Source: Octopus vulgaris (lineage: Eukaryota). Taken from it: 64,000 nt of DNA. The notes under the pieces are model-generated. The model saw only the letters and a program-made list of their open reading frames with translations. It searched no databases and had not been told where the DNA came from. The DNA is taken from NCBI GenBank assembly GCA_951406725.2, contig OX597831.1, forward strand, positions 13,578,001 through 13,642,000, given 5' to 3'. Below are positions 1 to 12,368 of the stretch, one piece after another. A program made the position numbers and the translations under genes. Within the stretch, counting starts at the first letter, position 1; the number at the start of each line of letters is the position of its first letter.

Positions 1-39
1 AGCAACATCTAATAGCATGATCGGATACGGTGATCACGT

Positions 40-76
<37 letters not shown>

Positions 77-1014
77 AGCTGAAAGCCTATAGGCATATTT
101 GATATCAAATAAAATATGAAATTCTTTTTGAAGTACGCGATATTTTTACGCTCCAGAAAGTTCAAAAAATAATTTCTGACCTCTCAGAATTATTTACATT
201 CAATGCAAGCCTTAAGAGTTTTTTCTGATTTGTTTACACTTGAATATATATCACTTTATATAAATATTTTTCATAATAAATATCGCTATTTATGACAATT
301 CGTTTCCACATTTTCAAAGAAGCGATCTGCACTGAAGGAAAAAAGAACAAAATCAAAAGCATTATTAATGAATAAATGATGAAGTTTATTGTGAATAGAT
401 TCCTCTTAATACTTCGAAATTTCAAACTCTAAAAACGTCGGTTCATCCTATTCGTTATTAAACCTGTAAAATGCACATTTAATTCGTTTTACAAGTTCCG
501 TTTCGACTCTTGCAGGAGGCTTACAGGACATCTTTTCACCTGATTAACAATTGTAGTTAGACACATTCCCCACACCTCCCCACGTAGCATTATCCTCACT
601 TTTGTTTTAAAGGCAGTCTGACTGGCAATGAGAGTTCCCTCACTCTCATTCGATTTACTCGTTATCTTTTTAGTCTTGCAGAAACGTTTAGCCAGTTCCG
701 ATGTTCCCAACAACCGGTAAAGAACAGGTGTGATTTGTTCTGAACTTTTTTCACCAAAATTCTCACAAACCGTCCAAAGGAGAGACACAGTAAGTTATGA
801 TGTAGTTTCAAATATTTCTGCAAATATATTTGGAAATATTCAACATAATTATATCTTGTATTAGCTTCTCCAGACGATAGAGGATGAGCGTTTTTAAATT
901 CATGCTTTCTCTGTTAGTTTACGGAGATAATACTTCGCATTTTGGCATAGAACCGACAATATTACGGAAATTGAACTAATCGTTTTCATTCATCAACTAT
1001 CCAGTGACCCAACA

Positions 1015-1410
1015 TTGCTTCTTGGCCTTTCGGAATTGGTAGAAATAAAGAACCAGTCAAGTAATAGGGTACAATACGTCGCCTAATCCCCTCTCTTCCA
1101 AATTGTTGGCCTTGTGCTTAATTAGAAACTGTTATTTTTATATATATTATAATATTTCATAAATTAAGTCAGTGATCTGGAAGATTCCTTAGCGCGTCGG
1201 CCAAAATGCTTAGCACCATTTCTTCTGGTTCTATACATGTTGCGGCTCAAATCACACCGAGGACTGTTTTACATTTCCTCATTTTGAGGTCGACGTATTG
1301 TACCCTATTACTTGACTGGTACTTTATTTCTACCAATTCCGAAAGGCCAAGAAGCAAAGTTGATTCCAATAAGGATTGAACTCAGATCGTAAATAGTCGG
1401 AAATACAGGG
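1015..1410. mobile_element. Cluster of degenerate family-A tRNA-derived SINE fragments in both orientations, containing a 67-bp inverted repeat
   Basis: Resembles the well-preserved family-A copy at 54823-55035 (aaatgcttagc, gaggtcga, ttgaactcaga motifs). 1015-1081 is the reverse complement of 1291-1357 with 1 mismatch. Confidence 0.7.
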
Positions 1411-2220
1411 TAACATTGTATTCGAGCATTAATGATATCACAAGATCAATGAAATTCATTATAAGGAACCACTCACGGAAAGCCATGAAAGGCAAACCTA
1501 TTAACGTTGATGTACTTCCCGTAAAGATGATTCAAAAATTGCAACGGATAAACAATGACATCATTATACTTCTAATCTTAATGAATGAATCAGAAGTGGA
1601 TATCCTGGTTTTCAGTTTTGGTTTCGAATGGCACGGATGTCGAGGTGGCCGATACCATTTCAAAACGATAAATAAATTTTTGAGGCGGTGGTAGGAGCAA
1701 AGTGTAAGAAGGACAACGCGATTTGCTTATAGCGTGGCAACTGGAGGAGCAGGACAAAGTCGTCGGAATGTGTCATGTAGTAAATGGGCCGACGGACTGG
1801 TTGAACCAATCTGTGGATGGTTAGAAAGATCTGCAGGTGAATAGAAACCGGAACGTGCTTAAGAGCAGTGTGGCCGGTTTCACCCAGAAATAAACCGAGA
1901 GGAAGCTATCATTGAAAGGTCAGAAAAAGTTGAAGAACGCATATATATCATTCATCGATAAATTAAAACGGCATATAAAAATAGGAGCAAATAAATATAT
2001 TACTATAAATAGATTATAATCTATGAGATGAGAGTGAATCAATTATCATTAAATATTATCATTATCAAACATCTAACGAATTTAATGGAAAATAATAAAC
2101 TCAGAACTTCGTTAATTACGAAAACTTCAAAAACATTCCTCGATGCAGAACTACATTTATAGTTATATAGCAACTCAGTTTATGTACGCATGTGTACATA
2201 CACAAAAATACATACATACA

Positions 2221-2261
<41 letters not shown>

Positions 2262-2881
2262 ACATTTTAAAATAAATTCATATATTCATACATATACATA
2301 TACATATATATGTATATATATGTATATAGGTATGCATGTATATATATACATAAATACACACAAATATATATGCATATATATATATATATATATATAAACT
2401 TTATACTTATCCATATATAATAGATAAGAACTTAAACTATATATAGAAAATAAGTCAATCAATGGCAGACGAAAAAGAATATCTTAATGATTACTCGATA
2501 GATTTGCAATAAAAATTAACTCGATGTCTGTTAATGCGTAATTAAACATTACTATAAAGGTAGAATAAATAACTTCCATACTTTGTACATATTTTAGCAT
2601 TGAACAACCAAAGGAGTGAGCGAACGGTAATAAATTTTATAAATCTTTTGATAGGAAAACATCAAAATATTCATATCAGCTAAAAAGGTATATATGAAAT
2701 ATGTTATGGGTTTAGATTTATGTATGGAAGTGTAGGAGGAGGAAACGAGGTGTGTTTGAAATATAATCCTTTCTGAAAATTATTGCATCAGTGGCGAATG
2801 GTGAATATGTGCTCTTTAACAACCGGCACGATAGATAGACGGATAGATAGATAGATAACCAGATAGATATCTAGTCACACA

Positions 2882-2931
<50 letters not shown>

Positions 2932-3410
2932 AAAGCCTTGAAACTCTACGCCATCCAGTGCCGCCGCGAGAGGTACATCATTTGTACGATGTGGAGAATA
3001 TACCGCCAACTTTTCCCAAACGACCTGAACATTAGCTTCAAGGTTCATCCAAGACTGTGACCACGGGCCATACGTCCCCTGCCCAATTCAAGATCACAGC
3101 TTGCATGTACACTGCAACATAATTTATTTTCCTCAACGGGCCCTGCCCTATTTAACATTGTTCCGAAAGAGATCAAAGAGGAAAAGGATCCCATCAACTT
3201 TAAACGGAATCTGGATAGATTTCTTCAAGGAATACCGGATAAGCCACCCATAATTGGATACAACTCACCCAACAAGAACTCACTACTTGAATGGATCATA
3301 AACAAAACTTGACTCAGGATTCAGATAATCCTATCAGGTGGTGCTATTAAGTTAGACATGGCCTGGACCAATCGTTGGTCGAAACATAGCTGAGTTTTAT
3401 CTAAGTTCTA
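2932..3410 (+). mobile_element. 5'-truncated CR1/L2-group LINE: ORF2 C-terminus plus 3' UTR
   Basis: Frame 2932-3312 reads KALKLYAIQCRRERYIICTMWRI...GPALFNIVPKEIK...FKRNLDRFLQGIPDKP...KNSLLEW*, matching the typical CR1-group end LxLYSLQRRRERY...GPxLFNxLP...FKxxLDxFLxxIPD. One internal TGA (3058-3060). Flanked by (TA)n. Confidence 0.85.
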
Positions 3411-3417
3411 TATATGC

Positions 3418-3443
<26 letters not shown>

Positions 3444-3449
<6 letters not shown>

Positions 3450-3737
3450 ACTTTTGGTATCCAGTGACCCAAAATGTAGATAAGGCGATGTAAGTGCTAC
3501 AGAAGGACCGCTGTTAGACTCCTGGTTCAATATATATGAGTGAGGAGTCTAACGCAGGTTGTGACTGTGTATAAGTTAAATAAAGTGAGACAAGGCCAAG
3601 TAGGTGTGAAATTTCTAGGACATTTATAAAGAGAAAGGTAGTTTCACTAATATATATATTAGGGATATTCCTTCATCCGAGACGATGTGAGATGGTTAAA
3701 TAGATGTAAATTGTAGAGATTAATATAAGGAGTTATT
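3444..3737 (-). mobile_element. Degenerate Penelope-pLTR-like repeat with a decayed hammerhead-like motif
   Basis: Begins at a (TA)n tract. Short internal inverted repeat gttagactcct/aggagtctaac. Minus strand near 3640-3680 reads cGGATGA-aggaatatccct...GAAAC, a non-canonical core. Confidence 0.3.
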
Positions 3738-3831
3738 TTGGAAAGGCAATGCTCCACAATGGTAGCAGTCAAATGACTGAATATATATATATGTATATAT
3801 GTATATATATATATATATATGTGTGTGTGTA

Positions 3832-3878
<47 letters not shown>

Positions 3879-3880
<2 letters not shown>

Positions 3881-4185
3881 GTGACAATGGGATTACACAT
3901 GGAAAGTTACCCTCCCAGGCACAAGGTTGTTTATGGAAGGCCAGCAGTACCCCATGCATACCAGCCTCCCCTCTCCAAACCAGTGATGTTATCCAAGGGA
4001 AAGGCAAAGGGGCCGATACACCTTGGCACCAGTGACGTTGCAACTCATTTCTACAGCTGAGTGAAATGGAGCAACGTGAAATAAAGTGTCTTGCTGAAGA
4101 CCACAACTCGCAGCCCGGTCCGCGATTCGATCCCACAACCTCGCGATTGTAAGCTCGACGCTCTAAACATAGAGCCATGCGCCTT
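3879..4185 (-). mobile_element. tRNA-derived SINE (family D), near full length
   Basis: Minus strand starts aaggcgcatggctc...tagagcgtcg with B-box-like gaatcgcggac. Body is nearly identical to the copy at 16644-16953. Confidence 0.85.
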
Positions 4186-4241
<56 letters not shown>

Positions 4242-4721
4242 CATATATATATACACACACATATATATATACATATATATATAGACAGTGAGATAGATAA
4301 ATACATAGAGAGACAGCCATACACACGTGCGCACAGGCGTAAACACATATATGTATATATATATATATTGGCAGGTGTGCATTATCTGCAATAATATCCT
4401 CGGCACACTGCAATAATTGTCTTGAAACTAGTCCAGTTTTATGTTAATTATTATCAATGCAGTTTAAATTCTAAATATTTGGCAAACATTTGGAATTTTA
4501 CCAGAAAACCTGATTTCGTAAACTAGACTACTGAAGATTTATTACAGTTCCGAGACATATATAGATTCTTTCTTTTGTTTTTTATATATATATACTTTTC
4601 TTTTTGTTGTGGTAAATAAATTTGTTTCATTTTACTGACTGAATGTGTTTTCTCCTTCAACGACAATAACAACAACAAAACCCGTAACAACATTTGTAAT
4701 AGTAAAAACAACAACAATTGC

Positions 4722-5130
4722 TTCAAAGTTTGGCCCCCGGCCAGAAATTTTTAGTGGTGGAGGACAATGAAATGCATCGGTCTCTATACTTGACTGATAT
4801 TTTGCTTTAACGATCCCCAAAGGATGGAAGTCAAAGCTGATCACGGTGGGACTTAAATTCAGAACGTAAAGAACAGGCCACCGCTAAGCATTTTGTTCGA
4901 CGCGCTAATGATTCTCTCTGCCTTAATAATGATGGTATCAAATTTTGCCACAAAAATAGCGATTTTGGGGGAGGGTATTACATCGTCCCCAGTATTCAGC
5001 TGGTACTTAGTTTATCGACCCAAAAAGGATGAAAGGCAAAGTTGATCTCGGCGGAATTTGAACTCAGAACGTAGACGGGCGCTAAACATTTTTGCCCGGT
5101 GCGCTAACGATTCTGCGAGCGCGTCGCCTT
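4722..5130 (-). mobile_element. Two tandem family-A tRNA-derived SINEs
   Basis: Repeated motif atcgacc..aaaggatgaaaggcaaagttgatctcggcggaatttgaactcagaacgta...gctaa(g)cattt, shared with many copies in the window. Confidence 0.8.
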
Positions 5131-5134
5131 ATAT

Positions 5135-5440
5135 AAAATCAAAGCGACCAGTTGCGGGGGACGAAATAAACAAATGGTGTAAAACGAATGATCTTCCATA
5201 TAATAACACAGAGGGTGCCAAAGAAACTGAACGATTTGAGTGACATCAGGATCGAGCCCGGGTGATGGAAAGATTGTGGAACTCTAAGATGACAGCAATT
5301 CTTGTGGTTATTGGTATACTTGCCGCCAACAGCCAAACTGTTAAAGAAGATGTTGAAGGATATTGGAACTGCGATGCACACTGTCAACGATTGTGCATTG
5401 TGCAAACATTTTAAACATGATTCTTGATATTTGAGGAGAC
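5135..5440 (+). mobile_element. Old, decayed 3' end of an RLE (R4/Dong-like) LINE
   Basis: Frameshifted translation includes VMERLWNSKMTAILVVIGILA and LLKKMLKDIG, paralleling RMWNLKTETIPIIVGALG of the copy at 11.8 kb. Confidence 0.5.
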
Positions 5441-5833
5441 GGCAAAACACTAAGATAAGATTTTTGCAAACTAGAGTCGAATATCAACGGTTTAATGTTA
5501 TTTTGTTATATCGCCAGTGACGATAAATTACATGTGTGTGCGAAATAATAATATATCACAATACCAAAATATAACCGTGTAATAATAAACAACGTAACGA
5601 GTTGGTTACCAGAACCATTCGCACAATATCGATCCAATGTTTTAACGCAAAACCAATCACGACGCTAACGCTCTCAGAATTCGACCTCAACTGGTACTCG
5701 CACATCTGTTTATAAGACTCGTCCATCTACTGACAGTCACATGCACCGGTGTCAGCTCCCGCCACAACCAAAATTGTTACTCGAATACTTGATTGTAGGT
5801 ACCACAATTTTTATAATTGTTTTAGATGATTAT

Positions 5834-5958
5834 GTTCCGGGTTCAGTCCCACTGCGTGGCACCTTGGGCAAGTGTCTTCTGCCATAGCCTCGGGCCGACC
5901 AATGCCTTGTGAATGGATTTGGTAGACGGAAACTGAAAGAAGCCTGTCGTATATATGC

Positions 5959-5990
<32 letters not shown>

Positions 5991-6310
5991 ATATGTGTGT
6001 GTCTGTCTTTGTCCCCCTAGCATTGCTTGACAACCGATGCTGGTGTGTTTACGTCCCCGTCACTTAGCGGTTCGGCAAAAGAGACCGATAGAATAAGTAC
6101 TGGGCTTACAAAGAATAAGTCTCGGGGTCGATTTGCTCGACTAAAGGCGGTGCTCCAGCATGACCGCAGTCAAATGACTGAAACAAGTAAAAGAGACCGA
6201 TAGAATAAGTACTGGGCTTACAAAGAATAAGTCTCGGGGTCGATTTGCTCGACTAAAGGCGGTGCTCCAGCATGGCCGCAGTCAAATGACTGAAACAAGT
6301 AAAAGAGTAA
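5834..6310 (+). mobile_element. CORE-type SINE (family B) with a duplicated 3' tail
   Basis: B box ggttcagtccc, CORE-like ggcaccttgggcaagtgtcttct, internal TA/TG tract. 112-bp tail repeated at 6077-6188 and 6189-6300. Homologous to 60948-61287. Confidence 0.85.
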
Positions 6311-8979
6311 AAAAGTATGTATCCATAAAGAGACATAGATGTTCCCTAGGCCATCTAAACGTTGACCAAGTGGGACATCCAGATTATAAGAGCCAAATCG
6401 AAAGAGTATCATACAATACCAGTACTCCACTGGTAGTCGCAATAGCAGAGGAGAGAAGAGCAATGTAGGCTGGAGCGGTTTCACTCAGCTACTCAGCATC
6501 ACGCGGTCTGGAAATTGAAACAACGAACTTAGGATGTTGAGCTGTGGTTCACACGCCTGAAGTCTCAGTAGAGTCTGGAATATGTTTTCAGACGTTTTGC
6601 CGTCAATACGGCACTACTGCAAAAAGCGTTGGCATTTTACAGTGTTAATTGGCTGTTTCCATGCCAAATGATGTGATGGGACAGAAAGAAGTGGATGAAA
6701 ATAATTAAACGACTGGAAGAAAGAAGAAAAAAAAACACACAAAGAAGAAATATTCATGTTTGCGAAGAATATAGCTAAAGATGCGACGTAATATTTAATT
6801 GATCTCATGCTATGCGGAAATCGAAGGCCACTCGATACCTAACAAACAAACTTGAAAATATGAAAGTTTCACACACACACACACACAGAGAAAAACACAG
6901 AAACACATAACACACATATACCACACATACACACACATACACACCCACACACACACAGAGAAACACATACACCAAATACACACACACACACACACACACA
7001 GAGGAACACACACACAGGAAAACATAACACACACACCACATGCACACACACACACACACAAACATATGTATAGTTTTAGGAATATATATTACTTTTCTTT
7101 GCAGAGTTTAAGCCGCCCACATATATTGTATATTTCTATGTGCATATGTATGCACATAGGTGCACACAACACACACACACAAACACACACATACACACAC
7201 TCACACACACACATATATATATATACATATATATATATACATATACATATACATACATATGTATATACAAACATATATGCATACATATAACATATATATG
7301 TGCGTGTGTGTGTATACATACGTATATGTATATATGTATATGTATGCATGCATGTCTATGTGTATGTGTGTATGTGTGTGTATGTGAGTGTATATTTACG
7401 TGTGTGTGTGTTCTCTTCAATTTTTAATTATTAGAAATCTTCTTGTAAGGAAGGAGCTTGTTATTATCAATGATACAACGATCCATCTTCAAAACCTAGA
7501 TGCAAAAAAAAAATAAAAATTCACTTTTTAAACTGCAGAACGATATTGGAATTGAGACACGTTCTGAGTTCAAATTCCATCGAAGTCCACATTTATACCG
7601 TTCCGCTTTACATATTGTGTTTCTAACGTACCTGGTAAGTTGGTTGGTTTTCTGAAAACCCGACTTAACAGGTAGGTTTCCCCTAGAGTATTTACTGCCA
7701 ATGCCAACTCTACCAAGTATTTTTGGTGTAAATGTCAATTTATTATCTGAGTATAGAAAATGAAAGTTTCCAAGCATTTTTCCTCATTTATCTTCATGGT
7801 CTTTGGTCTTCAAGCACAGCACCCGATTTCTGTCACAGTACATACGTATCGTTTTGCCTGTCCCAAACAATATTTGGTCAATTACGCTTAGGCTTGGTAG
7901 AAGCTTTGAAAGAAATGCTTCCCTAATATTCCTTGTGCCGATGTGTTTCTTATATATGTTATGTATTCAATAACAGGGTTCCCTATAAAATAGGGTTCTC
8001 TATATTTATCACAGACCAAACTTTACCTCCGAGATGCCGTTCCCTATTATTTAAACAATGCCGTGTCGCTTTGAGACGTAGCAGCTTGATGACAATTTTG
8101 GGGAGTTTCATGATATCCGTGATATCTTCCACAGAAATGTGACATCGTCAACATTTTCGATGTCTCTTTTGCATATTTGTTATTTCGTAACAAACTCCTT
8201 CTCTTGGATTGCAAACGTATTGCCTTCGAAGGATGATGCGATATCGCAGACATCTTTCGTCCAGTAGCTGCGGTGTGAATGTTAGACGCGCATTCCTGCT
8301 TCTTTAAGATTTGTCAGTAGCGCGTTGCCACTGCTAACCGCAGGCAAGAACAAATTCTATCGCTTTTGTGTTTTCCTATTCAGTACATTCATAAGTGATG
8401 TTATTAGCCGGAGGAACATAGCGTTTAATTTGCCTTTTCCAATGTATTTGCACTAAGTATGATACACATTTATATAGCTATGACATAATACGGATTGTTT
8501 ACCCAATCGCTTTTCAAAGCACACTTCTAAGATGTTGTAATCAATACTTCGTATTTGTATTGATTTCAGTGGAACAATATATATATATATATGTATATGT
8601 GTGCGTGTGTGTATACATACATATATACATGCATACATGCATACAGAGGGAGAGAGAGTGGAGAGAGACAGAGAGGGAGAGGGGTGGGAGTGTAGATTGT
8701 TCATGTTTTTTTTTTCTTTTCTGTTTGCCGAGCGTTTTCGAACTATTAAGTACGAATAATTCTTTTGGCCAAATTCCATCGGTATTTTCAGCTGAAAATG
8801 TTATAATTAAAAGCATCTGCTTCTCTGCATCAGAAACGCTTCCAGTTTAGATCTTTAAAGTGTTAACAAAGAAATTACATGTTATAGTTTTGTTTGTTCT
8901 TGTAGACTCAAGCATACGAGCAGGCAAGATGCTTTCTTGTTGTTGCTGTAAGTTACAGGAATGAGCAGCTGAGACAACA

Positions 8980-9400
8980 AATATTTACCTTCCTACGTGG
9001 TAAATCCAGCAAATATCTGTGAGATATAAAATCAAGTCTTTCTTTAACCAATTTATATTATCACCAGCTTTCTATTTTAGTCTTGATTTTTCTTTCTTTT
9101 TTTTATTTCATTTCAGCCGACACAGTAGTTTTGTTATCAAAATTTGTTTAGAACTTTGCTACAGTTCATTCTTTCCACATGCCTGCTCATCATTTATTGC
9201 TATGTCTTAGAGGAATTGATTTAAACAGCTTGATTAAATCTTATGTATAATACTTAGTCAAAGAATATATAAACCATTACGTTCTGCCGAACCAGCGCTT
9301 TCATTTTTGGCAACAATATCTGTCTCCGTTATGGCAAACCAGTTTGGTAAGTTCAGTTTGCCTTCTACAATTCTTTAAATGGGAGACGTATGTGGTGTCT
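8980..9400 (-). mobile_element. Possible highly decayed hAT transposase fragment
   Basis: Minus-strand pieces resemble hAT motifs in the expected order: LTKLVCH..IVAKNE, xIIH, SKVLNKF, NWLK..DI. Many stops and frameshifts. Confidence 0.25.
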
Positions 9401-10060
9401 TGTATAACTTTCTATAACTCGTATACCAATATTAAGCCATTAAGTCTATTCTTGGTTCTTTCCCATTACACAAATTTACTGCAGACGGAAAACATTCTGG
9501 AGTCGATAGAATATGCTTTAATCTTGTGTTTGTACTGTAATCTTTCCACATTAATTTTTTTCTTCATAAATATAATATATGAGAGTTTCTTTTCCTTCTA
9601 GACTTTACGCCAAAATCGTTTTAAATCCTCATGAGGAAAATTTTATTTCATTGAAATATCTTCCTTCCTCAGATATTATATTCAGGGGCAACCTTCTCTT
9701 AGCTGATAATTGTCATCACCACGGGAATACCACTAAGTGCGTCTGTTCAAAAATTCATGCTATTAATTTCCCGCCAAAAGTTTGGAACTGAATCACTGTA
9801 GATTTTGGTAGGCTTTTTCAAAAATTTACTTGTTGCGTGTAATGAACTTACTGACACGTTACATGTTATGTTTGAATATTAGATTCTACGCTGACGGATA
9901 TTAGAATATTATTTTTTCCTTAGATATGCAGATGGACGCAGAAGGCAGGCTATATTAGAATGATTGCGCTTGCATATAGAATGGTTTTCTTGTCCAATAC
10001 GTTCATTATGAAGTTTCGAAATGATGCTAGAGAAAACATAGGCAAGTCTTAATATGATCG

Positions 10061-10541
10061 TGTGTATGTGTGTATTTGCGTGTATGTGTATGTATGTGTG
10101 TATATGTATGTGTATCAGTCTGTGAGTGTATGTGTGTATGTGTGTGTATGTGTATGTGTGTGTATGTGTGTATGTGCGTGTATGTGAGTATGTACGTGTA
10201 TGTGTGTATATGTATGTATGTGTGTGTATGTGTGTATGCGTGTGTGTATGTATGTGTGTATGTGTGTATGTATATGTATGTATATGTGCTTGTATGTGTG
10301 TGTATATGTGTATGCGTGTGTGTATGTATGTGTGTATGTGTGTATGTGTGTGCATGTATGTGTATGTGTGTATGCATGTGTGTGTGCATATGTGTATGCG
10401 TGTGTGTATGTATGTGTGTATCTATGTGTTTTATGTGTTCGTCTGTATGTGTATGCATGTGTGTGTATGTGTGTGTATGTGTGTGTCTGTGTGTCTTATG
10501 TGCGTGTCTGTATGTGTGTATGCCTGTGTCTGCGTGTGTGT
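10061..10541. repeat. Compound (TG)/(TGTA) microsatellite of about 480 bp
   Basis: Direct inspection; produces the spurious CV/HT-repeat ORFs. Confidence 0.95.
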
Positions 10542-10934
10542 GCTACTCTTTCTACTAGAATGCTAAAATAGTTCCTATACTATAAGCCTGCACCATTGTT
10601 ATATGCCCAAAGCCCTCCATACCAAATTCCTGTCGAGAACTAATAGCTGCTAATTAACTCAAAATAAATTCCGCTATCATTTGATTGGTTCCATTCAATA
10701 AGCAAGAGCCATGCTCAATCACGCCTCTACAGATTCTGGTTGATCATATCGATTCAATTCTTTTGTATGATGATTGGTATATCGATCTCGACTTCGTAAA
10801 TTCAAATACGATAAGCAAAAGTTCACCACAAGCTTACAAAGATATAATCTGTGGTTACATCAAGATGATTTTGTTCATGCAGCGTCATTAATAGACACGA
10901 ACAAGTATATATATATTCCAGGCAGTGATCTGAT

Positions 10935-10995
<61 letters not shown>

Positions 10996-10996
<1 letters not shown>

Positions 10997-11052
10997 AAGA
11001 CAAATACAAACAAGAAATCATACTACCTAACAAATATGAAGAAGAAGAAGAA

Positions 11053-11099
<47 letters not shown>

Positions 11100-12100
11100 A
11101 GAAGAAGAAGAAGAAGAAGAAGAAGAAGAAGAAGAAGAAGAAGAAGAAGAAGAAGAAGAAGAAGAAAACAACAAAAGCTATAAAGCAAATGAAATCAAAA
11201 CTAAAACTAGAACAGCAACGGACCATGATAAAACGATGGCAAGAAAAGCCCTTTCATGGCAAGTACTGGACTAAACTAAATGCAAAAGAAATAGACAAAG
11301 AAAAATCCCAGCAATGGTTGAGAAGCTCAGGACTCAAAGCAGAAACAGAGGGATTTTTGATTGCAGCACAAGACCAAAGCCTCCCCACCAGAAATTACCA
11401 AAAACATGTAATGAAAAGAAATATTACAAGTAACTGCAGAATATGTGAAGATGGACAAGAAACAATAAATCATATTATCTCTGGCTGCCCAGTCCTGGCT
11501 AAGAAGGAATATATTCACAGACATGACAGAGTTGGAACCTACATTCACTGGAAGCTATGCCAACATTATGGAATAACAACAGAAAAAGATGGTATAGGCA
11601 CACACCTATAAAGGTCACAGAAAACGAGAAAGCAACCATATTCTGGGATATGCCAATAAACACAGATAGAAAAATTAAGGCCAACAGACCAGATATAGTT
11701 GTCAGAGATCATGAAGAAAAATAATGCTTTCTAATTGATGTATCAATACCAGCAGATGGCAACGTGTCTCTAAAAGAAATGGAGAAACTTTCAAAATACA
11801 AAGACCTGGAAATAGAGGTAACTAGAATGTGGAATCTGAAAACAGAAACAATTCCTATCATAGTAGGTGCATTAGGCATGATAAAAAAATATTCAGACAA
11901 ATACGTAACAAAAACACCAGGACTTACAAACACATATAACATACAGAAAATTACACTACTAGGCACTGCACACATCCTACGCAGAACACTTTCCATACAA
12001 TAACCATCAGAGCATCACAACAAATCGCAGCACATACCCAAGGCACACAGAGCTGCGCTCGGTAGTGAAGTGAAAGCACGCTATAAAAATAAAACTACTG
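10996..12100 (+). mobile_element. 5'-truncated R4/Dong-clade non-LTR retrotransposon (CCHC zinc knuckle plus restriction-like endonuclease), inactive
   Basis: WQEKPFHGKY..SQQWL..GLKAETEGFLIAAQDQSL..CRICEDGQETINHIISGC..YIHRHD, then after a frameshift WD..ANRPDIVV..FLIDVSIP..KLSKYKDL..LLGTAHILRRTL* (ends 12003) and a 3' UTR. Flanked by (TAA)n at 10938-10995 and 12101-12188. Two frameshifts, one internal stop, internal (GAA)n. Confidence 0.93.
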
Positions 12101-12119
12101 AATGATGATAATAATAATG

Positions 12120-12188
<69 letters not shown>

Positions 12189-12368
12189 GACAAAATACCT
12201 TAGGAATGAGAACCCTGGTTTGAAATTTCCCCAGGTCACCTGTTGAAGGCTGGGAGGTGTATCAGCCAAAACATTGTGTTAACAACAAAAAAGATGAGGA
12301 CAAATATCCTTCAAATGTAAATAACGTAAATAATGTACATAATTCCTCATCTCTCAAATATAGAACTG
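12189..12368 (+). mobile_element. Short Penelope-pLTR-like repeat with a mutated hammerhead core
   Basis: cacCTGTTGA-a-ggctg-ggaggtgtat-cagcc-AAAAc-attgtgTTA: hammerhead layout with an intact stem II (ggctg/cagcc) but two core substitutions. Confidence 0.4.

Noticed and set aside
998-3472. Identical 15-mer tatccagtgacccaa at 998 and 3458, a possible TSD
   Set aside because: About two such matches are expected by chance in 64 kb, and no coherent element lies between them.
5510-5806. Possible solo LTR with PBS-like TGGCGA on the minus strand
   Set aside because: No clear CA end, TSD or adjacent gag sequence.
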